Shown piece after piece: positions 1 through 9,070 of a DNA stretch of 47,494 nucleotides. The stretch is taken from the sequence record SRR2962707_3475; one strand, 5' to 3'. The notes beneath the pieces are model-generated. The model was given only the letters and a program-made list of their open reading frames with translations, was not told the origin of the DNA and made no database searches. Within the stretch, counting starts at the first letter, position 1. Each line of letters begins with the position of its first letter. The translations under genes were made by a program, and so were the position numbers.

Positions 1-995
1 GTCGCCATGTAGCCGTTGTAGAAGACGTTGCCCGGCACCTTCATCGACGTATCGGGATACATTTCCTGATACTGCTGGACGAATTCTTTCACGCCCGGCA
101 GATCGAGCTTGTAGTACCACGTGGTCCCAAACACCCCGAACAGGTTGTCGAGCGGCAGACCGTAGACGTCCGGCCAGTCCTGCTGGTTGTTGATCCACGC
201 CATCTTGTCGCCGAGGCCAAGCTGCGCGACCTGCTGACGCATGGCTTTCTGATCGTCCCCGCCAACCGCGGCGGCAACGACGTCGGGGCTTGCCTGCTGG
301 ATTTTGAGAAGGAAGGATGAGAAATCGCGGGTCCCCTGCGGCACCATCAGCTCGTCGACGATCTCGGCGCCATACTTGTCGGCAAGCGTACGGGTCGCTT
401 TCGAGGTGTTATGTCCCCAGACATAATCGTTCGTCAGCAAAATCCATTTTTTACCGTAGGCATCGACCGCGTTCTTGACCGCCGCCTGGGCAAAGTTGTT
501 GCCGTTGCCGTCCCAGACGAATTTGACGCGGTGGCAGTTCTTTCCGGACTCTGTCGGCGATGAAGAGTTCGTGTTGAGGTAAACCGTGCCGTATTTCTGG
601 GCAACCTGCGAGATCGCGTTGGCAACACCGGAGCTGACGGCACCGATCAGAAAGGCACACTCGTCGCGCTTGATCAGGCGTTCGGCAACGCGTGAGCCTG
701 TCGCCGGCGTGGTTTCGGTATCGATGTGGATCGTTTCAATCTTGCGGCCGTTCACACCGCCCTTCTTGTTGAACTCGGCAATGGCCATTTCCATGCCGCG
801 CCGGTCGGATGCACCGGAGTTGGCGTACTGACCGCTGGCATCCGAGGTGATACCGATCTTGATCGGCTTGTCACTTGCAGACGCATACATGTGATTGTGC
901 TTCCACGGACCGAAGAACGCGGCCCCGGCCCCGGCAGACGCAAGCCCGAAGCGCTTAAGCGCACTGCGCCGGGAGATATTCTTTGACTTCGACAT
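1..995 (-). CDS. ABC transporter substrate-binding protein, LIV/branched-chain (PBP type 1) family, Tat signal; 3' end runs off the window
   Basis: Not in the ORF track (no stop in window). Manual translation gives MSKSKNISRRSALKRFG...KPIKIGITSDASGQYANSG...AIAEFNKKGGVNGRKIE...DFSSFLLKIQQASPDVV. Twin-arginine SRR motif; GGAGG RBS upstream of the ATG at 995. Confidence 0.9.
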   Translation of the reverse strand, partial: MSKSKNISRRSALKRFGLASAGAGAAFFGPWKHNHMYASASDKPIKIGITSDASGQYANSGASDRRGMEMAIAEFNKKGGVNGRKIETIHIDTETTPATGSRVAERLIKRDECAFLIGAVSSGVANAISQVAQKYGTVYLNTNSSSPTESGKNCHRVKFVWDGNGNNFAQAAVKNAVDAYGKKWILLTNDYVWGHNTSKATRTLADKYGAEIVDELMVPQGTRDFSSFLLKIQQASPDVVAAAVGGDDQKAMRQQVAQLGLGDKMAWINNQQDWPDVYGLPLDNLFGVFGTTWYYKLDLPGVKEFVQQYQEMYPDTSMKVPGNVFYNGYMA

Positions 996-1094
996 GATTT
1001 CCTCCTGTTGGGACCGAAAGTCCCGTTGTTCCCGTTTCATGATTTCCGCACCGATTCTCTGATCGGTTTCGGCAATCGGACACACCTGACCTAA

Positions 1095-1991
1095 CTAAAG
1101 AATTTTCACTCCGTTCAGTTTCGATTGCGCACGGATCAGATCCCCGACGAAACCGTCCTCGAAGCCGATATTGAGCCCCTGAACCAGCGCATGGTGGATC
1201 CCGTTTCCGAGGTTCCCCGTGAGCTGCGCGTCTTCCGTCATGCGCGTGTAGTAGCGAAGATCCTTGGCCGCATTGGCCAGGGAGAATTTGAGCCCTGAAA
1301 AATCGCCGTTATCCATGGCGGGCGGCATGATGAGCTGGAAGATGCCGCTGTTTGCGCCACCGGCAGTTACGACGTCATAGTACTTTTTGACGTCGAGTCC
1401 CGTCGCTGCGCAGGCACAGATGGCCTCGGCGATCAACGCGGCCTGCCCCATGGCCATGAAGTTGTTGATGAGTTTGCACTTGATGCCGCTTCCGACCGGT
1501 CCGACATGAAAGATGTTCTCGCAGAATGTCTGCAGAATCGGTTCAACTTCGGCAAAGTCCGCATCCGATGCACCGACCATTGAGTTCAGCTTGCCCGCCT
1601 CCGCCTCGACCGGCGTGCGCGCCAGCGGCGCATCGACCAGCGTCGCGCCGGCGGCATTGATATCTTCGTTGATCCGGGCCGTCATCGCAGGCTCACTGGT
1701 CGAGCAGTCGATCACCTTCATCCCCGACTCCAGGCCGGCCAGCAGACCGTCGTCACCATAGACAACCGTCTCAACCTGCGGCGCACCGGTGACGCAAATG
1801 ATTACGACATCTGACGCGGCGGCGATCTCGCGCGGCGATTTCGCCTCGGACGCGCCCTTCGAAAGAAGATCTTCAAGAGGCTCCCGGTTCCGATGCGCCA
1901 TCGCCGTCACGGCGTAACCTTTTTCAAGAAGGTTCTTCGCCATGCCGTGCCCCATGAGCCCAACACCGATAAAGCCGATCCGTTGTGTCAT
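1095..1991 (-). CDS. NAD(P)-dependent beta-hydroxyacid dehydrogenase (3-hydroxyisobutyrate / 2-hydroxy-3-oxopropionate reductase family)
   Basis: IGFIGVGLMG Rossmann motif, DAP motif, catalytic KLINN. Start trimmed to MTQRIG, which has a GGAG RBS. Confidence 0.9.
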   Translation of the reverse strand: MTQRIGFIGVGLMGHGMAKNLLEKGYAVTAMAHRNREPLEDLLSKGASEAKSPREIAAASDVVIICVTGAPQVETVVYGDDGLLAGLESGMKVIDCSTSEPAMTARINEDINAAGATLVDAPLARTPVEAEAGKLNSMVGASDADFAEVEPILQTFCENIFHVGPVGSGIKCKLINNFMAMGQAALIAEAICACAATGLDVKKYYDVVTAGGANSGIFQLIMPPAMDNGDFSGLKFSLANAAKDLRYYTRMTEDAQLTGNLGNGIHHALVQGLNIGFEDGFVGDLIRAQSKLNGVKIL

Positions 1992-2058
1992 TCGTTCTCC
2001 CCTCCTTGCCGCATACGCGGTGAAAACACCGGTCAGACGTTCTTTCAAAAAAAATATT

Positions 2059-2102
2059 AGAACGAATTTTCTTTTATGGTCAAATATAAAAAATTATGTT
2101 CT
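2059..2102. promoter_or_regulatory. Candidate RpiR/IolR operator pair in an AT-rich divergent promoter region
   Basis: AGAACGAATTTTCT (2059-2072) and AAAAATTATGTTCT (2089-2102), in inverted orientation, between divergent genes. Confidence 0.4.
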
Positions 2103-2162
2103 ATTTTTTTCAAGCTGGAATTTCCGGCATCCGGATTGCTTTCGCGATTATGTTGAGGAGCC

Positions 2163-3038
2163 ATGTCGACAAACAAAGAAAAGAAGCCCAAAGGACCGGA
2201 AACCTTCAGTGGGCTGAAGGATGTTATCACCGACAGGTATCCTGAGCTTCGCGGTCAGCTTAAGCGGATCGCGGAGTTCGCGTTGGACAATCCGAACGAC
2301 CTTGCGCTCAAGACCGTCAGCGCCGTTGCCGAGGAAATCGGGGTGCAGCCATCAAGCATGGTGCGGTTCGCCAAGCACTTCGGGTATGACGGATTTTCGG
2401 ACCTGCAGCAGGTCTTCCGCTCGCGGCTCGTGGCCCAGTCGCCCAGTTATGCTGAGCGTATTCAGCGCATCCGGCATACCGTGGACAGCCGTGGGCAGAG
2501 CGATACGGCAAGCCAGGTGTTGTCGGATTTCGTCGACCAGGGCATGGCGGCGCTCGACATGCTGCGGGCAAACACCCCAGTTCAAAGCATCGAACGGGCC
2601 GTCGAAATCATGGCGGACGCGGACGATATCTACCTGCTCGCCCAGCGCCGTGCATTTCCGGTGTCTTTTTATATGAGCTACGCGCTATCGCGATTGGAGC
2701 AGCGCTGCATCCTCGTCGACGGCATCGGCGGATTGATGGGCCAGCAGATATCGCTTGCCCGTAAACAGGATGTCGTCATTGCCGTCAGCTTCCGCCCGTA
2801 CACGGCGACAGTTGTAGAACAGGTCGTCGAGCTTGCCCAACGGGACGTCCCGATCATCGCGATCACGGACAGTGCCTTGTCACCGATCGCCCTGCACGCC
2901 GACGTCGCTTTCGAAATTCAGGAACCTGACGCCGGTGGGTTTCGGACGCTGTCCGCGCCGATGTGCCTGGCTCAAAGCATCGTTGTCAGTCTTGGCCATC
3001 ACCTGGCCGCAAACCGCAGCAGAAGAAAACGAAAATGA
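2163..3038 (+). CDS. MurR/RpiR (IolR-like) transcriptional regulator
   Basis: N-terminal HTH (VQPSSMVRFAKHFGYDGFSDLQ) and C-terminal SIS domain (AITDSALSP); GAGGAG RBS. Confidence 0.93.
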   Translation: MSTNKEKKPKGPETFSGLKDVITDRYPELRGQLKRIAEFALDNPNDLALKTVSAVAEEIGVQPSSMVRFAKHFGYDGFSDLQQVFRSRLVAQSPSYAERIQRIRHTVDSRGQSDTASQVLSDFVDQGMAALDMLRANTPVQSIERAVEIMADADDIYLLAQRRAFPVSFYMSYALSRLEQRCILVDGIGGLMGQQISLARKQDVVIAVSFRPYTATVVEQVVELAQRDVPIIAITDSALSPIALHADVAFEIQEPDAGGFRTLSAPMCLAQSIVVSLGHHLAANRSRRKRK

Positions 3039-4960
3039 CCGGCGAAGATAAAAGCCTCGATATCATCTGTCTCGGCCGGTCGTCGGTTGACCTCTACAGC
3101 CAACAGATCGGCACGCGACTCGAAGACGTATCGAGCTTTGCAAAGTATGTCGGCGGCTGCCCCACCAACGTGGCCGTCGGCACATCCAGGCTGGGGCTCC
3201 GAAGCGGCATCATCACGCGGGTCGGGGACGAACAGCTCGGCACGTATATAACCGATACCCTGGCCGCCGAACGGGTCGACGTATCCAACGTGACGCGTGA
3301 TCCGGACAGATTGACGGCGTTGGTTATTCTCGCCATCCGTGGTGACGGTACGTTCCCTCACATCTTCTACCGCACCGACTGCGCGGACATGGCCCTGCGC
3401 GCGGAACACATTGATCCGGCATATATCGCAAGCGCCCGGGCGCTGCTGGTCACCGGAACCCATTTATCGACCCCAGGCGTGGAAGAGGCGACAAAAGCGG
3501 CGATCCGTGCCGCCCGCGAAAACGATGTCCGCGTGGTTCTGGATATCGACTACCGGCCCTCGTTGTGGGGACTGTCCTCGCATGCGGACGGCGAAAGCAG
3601 GTTCGTTTCCGATCAGCGCGTGACGGCGAAATACCTCGAAATTCTGCCCGAGGTGGACCTTGTCGTCGGCACCGAGGAAGAGATTTCCATTGCCGGCGGA
3701 AGCAGTAACCTGCTGACGGCGCTGCGGACGGTGCGCGCCCTGACGCCCGCGGGAATCGTTCTGAAACGCGGTCCCATGGGCTGCATTGTCTACCCGCTCG
3801 CCATCCCCGACGATCTGGAAGACGGGATTGTCGCCATGGGATCTGAAGTCGAGGTCTATAACACGCTCGGTGCAGGGGACGGATTCCTGAGCGGATTTCT
3901 TCGCGGGTGGGTCAGGGATGAACCGCTCGAAACCTGCGCACGATATGCGAACGCCACGGGTGCACTCGTGGTGTCCAGAAACGGATGCGCCCCGGCGATA
4001 CCGAGCTGGCAGGAACTGCAGGCATATCTGGACGGCAGGTTCCCCGGCCCGACCCTGAAAACCGACACCGCGCTGGCCCGCATGCATCAGGCAACGACCC
4101 GAACAAAAGAGTGGCCGAACGTGTTCGCGATGGCATTCGATCACCGCGCCCAGTTTGAGCAGCTTGCGTCAAGGCATGGCGCCGGCAGCCGGGAGATACG
4201 CGCCTTCAAGAGCCTTTGCACGGATGCCCTCGTTCAGTCATCGGGCGAAATACCCGGCGCCGGGGTGATCATCGATGACAAGTATGGTGCCGAGGCCCTT
4301 GCCCGCCTTTCCGGCACCAACACCTGGATCGCCAGCCCCGTCGAGCTTCCGGGGTCCCGCCCCCTCGCATTTGAATACCCGGGCGATATTGGGCTGCACC
4401 TCAACACATGGGACCGCGACCGGGTCGCCAAATGCCTCGTGTTCTATCACCCCGATGACGACGATGCGTTGCGTGAAGAACAGCTGAACCGGCTGAGCAT
4501 CCTCTACGATGCCTGCCTGCAAACCGAGCGGGAGTTGCTTGTCGAGGTCATTCCGCCTGAAGGGACGGCCCCCGGCAATGCCGGCATCGCCCGTGCAATG
4601 ACGCAAATGTACGGCTACGGCATCCGTCCCGACTGGTGGAAACTGCCGCCGACCGACAACCCGGCCGAATGGCAAGCTGCCGGGGACGCGATCAGGGAAC
4701 ACGATCCCTTTTGCCGGGGCATTGTCGTGCTCGGTCTGAACGCACCTATTCCCGATCTCGCGCGCAGTTTTCAGTCCGCCAGGATCGAGCCGCTGTGCAA
4801 AGGCTTTGCCGTTGGGCGCACCGTCTTCGGAGACGTGGCCGAGCAGTGGTTTGCCGGAAGCATGAGTGACACGGATGCGACCCGGATCATGAATCAGCGC
4901 TTTCGCGAACTGGTCGAAAGCTGGGCGTTGGAGCGCGAGAACGAATCCGCCGCGAGCTAG
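3035..4960 (+). CDS. iolC: 5-dehydro-2-deoxygluconokinase (PfkB) fused to a DUF2090 aldolase-like domain
   Basis: LDIICLGRSSVDLY...YVGGCPTNVAVG, PfkB signature NTLGAGDGF, C-terminal AFDHR / PDWWKL / GFAVGRT. The ATG at 3035 overlaps the rpiR stop (ATGA). Confidence 0.92.
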   Translation: MTGEDKSLDIICLGRSSVDLYSQQIGTRLEDVSSFAKYVGGCPTNVAVGTSRLGLRSGIITRVGDEQLGTYITDTLAAERVDVSNVTRDPDRLTALVILAIRGDGTFPHIFYRTDCADMALRAEHIDPAYIASARALLVTGTHLSTPGVEEATKAAIRAARENDVRVVLDIDYRPSLWGLSSHADGESRFVSDQRVTAKYLEILPEVDLVVGTEEEISIAGGSSNLLTALRTVRALTPAGIVLKRGPMGCIVYPLAIPDDLEDGIVAMGSEVEVYNTLGAGDGFLSGFLRGWVRDEPLETCARYANATGALVVSRNGCAPAIPSWQELQAYLDGRFPGPTLKTDTALARMHQATTRTKEWPNVFAMAFDHRAQFEQLASRHGAGSREIRAFKSLCTDALVQSSGEIPGAGVIIDDKYGAEALARLSGTNTWIASPVELPGSRPLAFEYPGDIGLHLNTWDRDRVAKCLVFYHPDDDDALREEQLNRLSILYDACLQTERELLVEVIPPEGTAPGNAGIARAMTQMYGYGIRPDWWKLPPTDNPAEWQAAGDAIREHDPFCRGIVVLGLNAPIPDLARSFQSARIEPLCKGFAVGRTVFGDVAEQWFAGSMSDTDATRIMNQRFRELVESWALERENESAAS

Positions 4961-4988
4961 CCCGCGAAGCCGTCCTTACTAAAGTCCC

Positions 4989-6104
4989 TCAGTGACGGCG
5001 CAGATAGGGGCTCAACACTTCCAGATCGGGCATCACCCCGAGGCCCGGCGCATCGCCAAGATTGGCGGCTCCCTCGTTGACGTCATTCAGTGAACCGCAC
5101 AGCAGCATCCGCAACGGATTGTCGTTGGAATCTATTTCAAGCATCCCGTCACCCCCGACGGCGGCGAGAACGTGCCCTGAAGCGAGCAGCCCGATACCGC
5201 CCCCCAGATAGTGCGGACAGTATCGCCGTCCCGCCGCCAGCACGTCACGGGCCACAGGCGTGCATTCGCTAATACCGCCCCATTTCGCGAGGTCGGGCTG
5301 CACCACGGCGACGGCCTTCGATGCGATCAACGCCGCGAAGCCGTCCCGGCCGGCGACATTCTCTCCCGCCGCCAGCGGCACGCCGCATGCCTGCGCCAGC
5401 TCGGACCATTCATCCCATGCGCGGTCCGCACGTAGGGGTTCCTCGAGCCACCCCAATCCGTGCTCTGCGAGCCCGGCCGCTTCCGTCAGCGCTGTTTTCA
5501 GGTCCCAGGCCTGATTGGCGTCAGCCATGACGTTGAGGTCCTCGGCAACACCGCGGATACGCTTCAGGTTTGTGATATCGACCTCGGACCCGAACCCGAT
5601 CTTGAGCTTGAAATCGCGATAACCTTCCCGGTAGCGTTGCGCGACGACACGTTCCGGCTCAACCGGGTTGAGGCCGCTCGCATACACCGGGATGCGGTCC
5701 GTGTTGCCGCCCAGCACCGACCACAGCGGCTTGTCCTGCCGGCGTGCCCAGAGATCCCATGCCGCGATATCGATCCCGGCAATCGCCTGTGCGAACGGGC
5801 CCGGCTCGCCCGTCTGCAGGGTCAGCACATGCATCTTCGACGTCAGGAAATCGAACAGCGCGCCCGGGCCGTCAAATGCTTGCCCGATGATCAGCGGGGC
5901 CAATATCTCGTCGACAATACGGGCGCGGTGTTCCGCGCCGATGGACGGAAAATTGCACCATACTTCGCCCCAGCCGACGGTCCCGTGTTCGTCTTCAAGG
6001 CGGACCAGCACCATCGGCCGGTCATACATGGTGCCGAAAGAGGTCTGCACCGGCACCGAAACCGGCGCCCGGAAAACGAATGCTGCGATCTTGTCTATTT
6101 TCAT
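4989..6104 (-). CDS. Mandelate racemase / muconate lactonizing enzyme (enolase superfamily)
   Basis: GWGE, KLKIG, metal ligands in ADANQ / WLEEP / AGEN, plus QPD and CPH motifs. Confidence 0.9.
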   Translation of the reverse strand: MKIDKIAAFVFRAPVSVPVQTSFGTMYDRPMVLVRLEDEHGTVGWGEVWCNFPSIGAEHRARIVDEILAPLIIGQAFDGPGALFDFLTSKMHVLTLQTGEPGPFAQAIAGIDIAAWDLWARRQDKPLWSVLGGNTDRIPVYASGLNPVEPERVVAQRYREGYRDFKLKIGFGSEVDITNLKRIRGVAEDLNVMADANQAWDLKTALTEAAGLAEHGLGWLEEPLRADRAWDEWSELAQACGVPLAAGENVAGRDGFAALIASKAVAVVQPDLAKWGGISECTPVARDVLAAGRRYCPHYLGGGIGLLASGHVLAAVGGDGMLEIDSNDNPLRMLLCGSLNDVNEGAANLGDAPGLGVMPDLEVLSPYLRRH

Positions 6105-7003
6105 CTTGAGCCTTCTTCTCTTGCCGCTTCGGCGCTTTTCACGAGCAATGTCAGGGTGCGGTTGACCGGCACATCCAGCCCATGCTTTTCAGCCCGGCTG
6201 ACAATTTCGCCATTGAGAAAGTCGATCTCGGTCGGCTTGCCGCGCATCAGGTCCTGGGCGGTGGATGAATACTGACCGGCCATGGCCACCGGGATATTCC
6301 GGATGGCCTCGAACACGGCGGGCGGCACGGCAATGCCTTCCGCCTGCGCGACGCTGATGGCTTCGCGGGCAATCACTTCCATCAATTCGGGCATGCCGTC
6401 CTGCGCCGCCAGCTTTCCATAGGGCAGACGCGAAAGCGCCGAGAGCGGATTGAACGCGCAATTGACCACCAGCTTCATCCACAGGGCCGCCATGACATCA
6501 TCCGAAACCCGTGTTTCGATGCCCGCCGCATTGAAGGCGTCGGCAATCCCATCCGCAACCTGCGCCGTCAGTTCAAGATCGCCACGGCCTTCGTGACGCA
6601 CCACACCCGGTCCGGTCATGCGGCTGGCGACATAGACGACGACAGGTTCCACCCGGCGGCCAATCACGCCGGACAGCCTCTCCGCGTTGGAAACACCGTT
6701 CTGCAGACTCAGCAGCGTGCAATCCGGGTCGAGATAGGGCGCGATCTCACGGCCGGCCTGTTCGCTATCGCCGGATTTCACACAGATCAGGACAATCCCC
6801 GCCCCCTTGATCGCCGCAGGGTCGCTGCTGGCTTCGACGCGCACCACCTGCTGCGCCTTATCCTTTTCCAGGATCAGACCGTTCTGCGTCACCGCGTCAA
6901 CGAAAGCGGCACGCCCGACAAGCACGACCTCATGGCCGGCAAGCGCAAGCATGGCGCCATAGTAACAGCCGACGGCACCCGCCCCCATCACGGCTATTTT
7001 CAT
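6101..7003 (-). CDS. Ketopantoate reductase (PanE/ApbA) family 2-oxoacid reductase
   Basis: GAGAVG, SLQNG, WMKLVVN, SSTAQDL and TEIDFLNG motifs; ATGA overlap with the enolase gene. Confidence 0.9.
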   Translation of the reverse strand: MKIAVMGAGAVGCYYGAMLALAGHEVVLVGRAAFVDAVTQNGLILEKDKAQQVVRVEASSDPAAIKGAGIVLICVKSGDSEQAGREIAPYLDPDCTLLSLQNGVSNAERLSGVIGRRVEPVVVYVASRMTGPGVVRHEGRGDLELTAQVADGIADAFNAAGIETRVSDDVMAALWMKLVVNCAFNPLSALSRLPYGKLAAQDGMPELMEVIAREAISVAQAEGIAVPPAVFEAIRNIPVAMAGQYSSTAQDLMRGKPTEIDFLNGEIVSRAEKHGLDVPVNRTLTLLVKSAEAAREEGSR

Positions 7004-7015
7004 CGGTAAACTCCT

Positions 7016-7900
7016 TCAAACATCTTGTCTGGACGATTGCAGCAGCCTGACCTGTTCCGGCATGAAGGCATCACCCTCGCCCTTTTCAACGAGGCTGCCG
7101 AGCGTCCGATAGACGGCATCCGCCATCACCTGCGCTGCGTCCAGTTCACTGGCCATCTGCTTGTAGTAGCCGGCGTCCTTATGCGCATTGCTGATGGTAA
7201 AGCGCAGCAGATCGGCGTTTCCTTCAAGGATGTAAGGCGCGACCCGCTCCAGCGCCGCGCCGCCGGCACCGCCCTTGCGCAGACAATCCACCATCGCCGA
7301 CGCATCGACACCGTCCTGCAGGGCGCAGGCGGCAACTTCCGAGATCAGGGTCACGGTCCCCAGCGAGATGAGGTTGTGGATCAGTTTCAACTGGTGACCG
7401 CTGCCGACGCCGCCCGCCACGAAGATGTTTTCCGCAAAGCATTCCAGCAACGGCCTGATCCGGGCAATGGTCGCCTCTTCGCCACCGACCAGAAGGTTGA
7501 GCCGGCCTTCTTCGGCTTCTTTCGGGGTCCGGGTCATCGCCGCATCGACGAAATCACAGCCTTTCTCGCGCACACTGGCCGCAAGCGCGCGCGTGGAACT
7601 GGGAATAGCCGTCGAGCAATCGACTACGACGGCACCGGGCTGCAAAGCCGCGAGCACGCCGCCGGATCCGATCAGCACATCTTCCACCTGCGGGCTGCCG
7701 GTCACACAAATCAGAACAATGTCACAGATCTGCGCGAGTTCTCCGGCGGTGTCATGCGGCGTCGCACCGGCATCCAGCAGATCATCCGTCGGCTGGTTGC
7801 CGGCCTGATCCAGAAAATGCAGTTCCCAGCCCTTCGCCGCAATGTTCCGGCCAATGCCATGGCCCATCAGGCCGACACCTATCAATCCAATCTTTGTCAT
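7016..7900 (-). CDS. NAD(P)-dependent beta-hydroxyacid dehydrogenase (paralog of 1095-1991)
   Basis: IGLIGVGLMGHG, VDCST and KLIHN motifs. Confidence 0.88.
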   Translation of the reverse strand: MTKIGLIGVGLMGHGIGRNIAAKGWELHFLDQAGNQPTDDLLDAGATPHDTAGELAQICDIVLICVTGSPQVEDVLIGSGGVLAALQPGAVVVDCSTAIPSSTRALAASVREKGCDFVDAAMTRTPKEAEEGRLNLLVGGEEATIARIRPLLECFAENIFVAGGVGSGHQLKLIHNLISLGTVTLISEVAACALQDGVDASAMVDCLRKGGAGGAALERVAPYILEGNADLLRFTISNAHKDAGYYKQMASELDAAQVMADAVYRTLGSLVEKGEGDAFMPEQVRLLQSSRQDV

Positions 7901-7944
7901 GCTGTCCGCATCATGCCGGGCATCGTCATGGCGATGCGCCGTCC

Positions 7945-8874
7945 CTATTGCTCGATGGTTGGGAAACTTCCTTCCACGGTCACGCGGCGCAGTTCACGGG
8001 GGTAGGTCTTGTCTTCGTATCTGCGCACCCTGTGCATGGTGGAGCGGTTGTCCCAGATCACCAGATCACCGACCGTCCAGCTGTGTGCGTAGACGAATTC
8101 GCGCTGCGTGGCGAATTCGGTGAGTTCCAGAATCAATGATGTCGCTTCAGGCGTCGGCCAGCCTTCGATCCGGCCGATATGCGATGACAGATACAGCGAT
8201 GTGCGCCCGGAGCTTTCGTGCTGACGGACCAGCCTTTGGCGGACCGGCGTGCAGCGGGCCTTTTCCGCTTCGGTGAATTCGTCAAAGCCGAGCTTGTAGC
8301 GGGAATAGATCACCGAGTGATGACAGACGAGGTCGCGCGTCATCTCTTTCATTTTCTCCGGCAGCGCATCCCAGGCGGCGCGCATGTCGGCGAATTCCGT
8401 ATCGCCGCCTTCGGGCGGGATCACGCGGGCGTGCAGCATCGAGTACTTCGCCGGCACCGGTTTGAAGCTGCTGTCGCTGTGCCAAAGCCGGTTGCCGAGG
8501 TTGTACATCCGGCGGCGATCATCGGCGGGCAGGATCTTGCCGTCGACGCCGACGTTGGTGATGTCGTTGATATGCTTGTTTTTGAGCCGCCTTCTTTCCT
8601 GATCGACGGCGGTCGGCACATCTTCGATCTTGCCGAACTTGGCCCCGAAGGCGAACTGCTGTTCATCGTCAAAGGTCTGGCCGGAAAAGACGAGGACCGC
8701 GAAGTGATCCATCGCGTCATCGATGGACTGCAGCATGGACGGCGACACGTCTCCGCTGAGATCGACCCCGTCGACACGGCCGCCGATATGGGGCGTGAGG
8801 GGTGTGATGTTCAGATCGCCGATGCGGACTTTCTCCGCTGCGGCTTGCGTCGTCTCCTGCGTCTGCGTGCTCAT
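7945..8874 (-). CDS. Fe(II)/2-oxoglutarate dioxygenase, TauD/TfdA family, TfdA-like subgroup
   Basis: WHSDSSF (HxD), GGDTEFADMRAA and WDNRSTMHR motifs. Confidence 0.92.
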   Translation of the reverse strand: MSTQTQETTQAAAEKVRIGDLNITPLTPHIGGRVDGVDLSGDVSPSMLQSIDDAMDHFAVLVFSGQTFDDEQQFAFGAKFGKIEDVPTAVDQERRRLKNKHINDITNVGVDGKILPADDRRRMYNLGNRLWHSDSSFKPVPAKYSMLHARVIPPEGGDTEFADMRAAWDALPEKMKEMTRDLVCHHSVIYSRYKLGFDEFTEAEKARCTPVRQRLVRQHESSGRTSLYLSSHIGRIEGWPTPEATSLILELTEFATQREFVYAHSWTVGDLVIWDNRSTMHRVRRYEDKTYPRELRRVTVEGSFPTIEQ

Positions 8875-9070
8875 GTGTCTGTTCCTGACCCTGAATGCCT
8901 GATCCTGCCCGTTGTTTTTTTATTTGATGTTGCGCGGACTGTGATGTGGTCCCCGTTAGTTGTATCCATGAAAACTACGCCCGAAACAGGCCGCACGACA
9001 AGCGGCAGGTTCGCCCTGGCCGCGTCACGTGCATTTACCGTCGCCGTTTTCGCACCCGGTTCGAGGCCGT

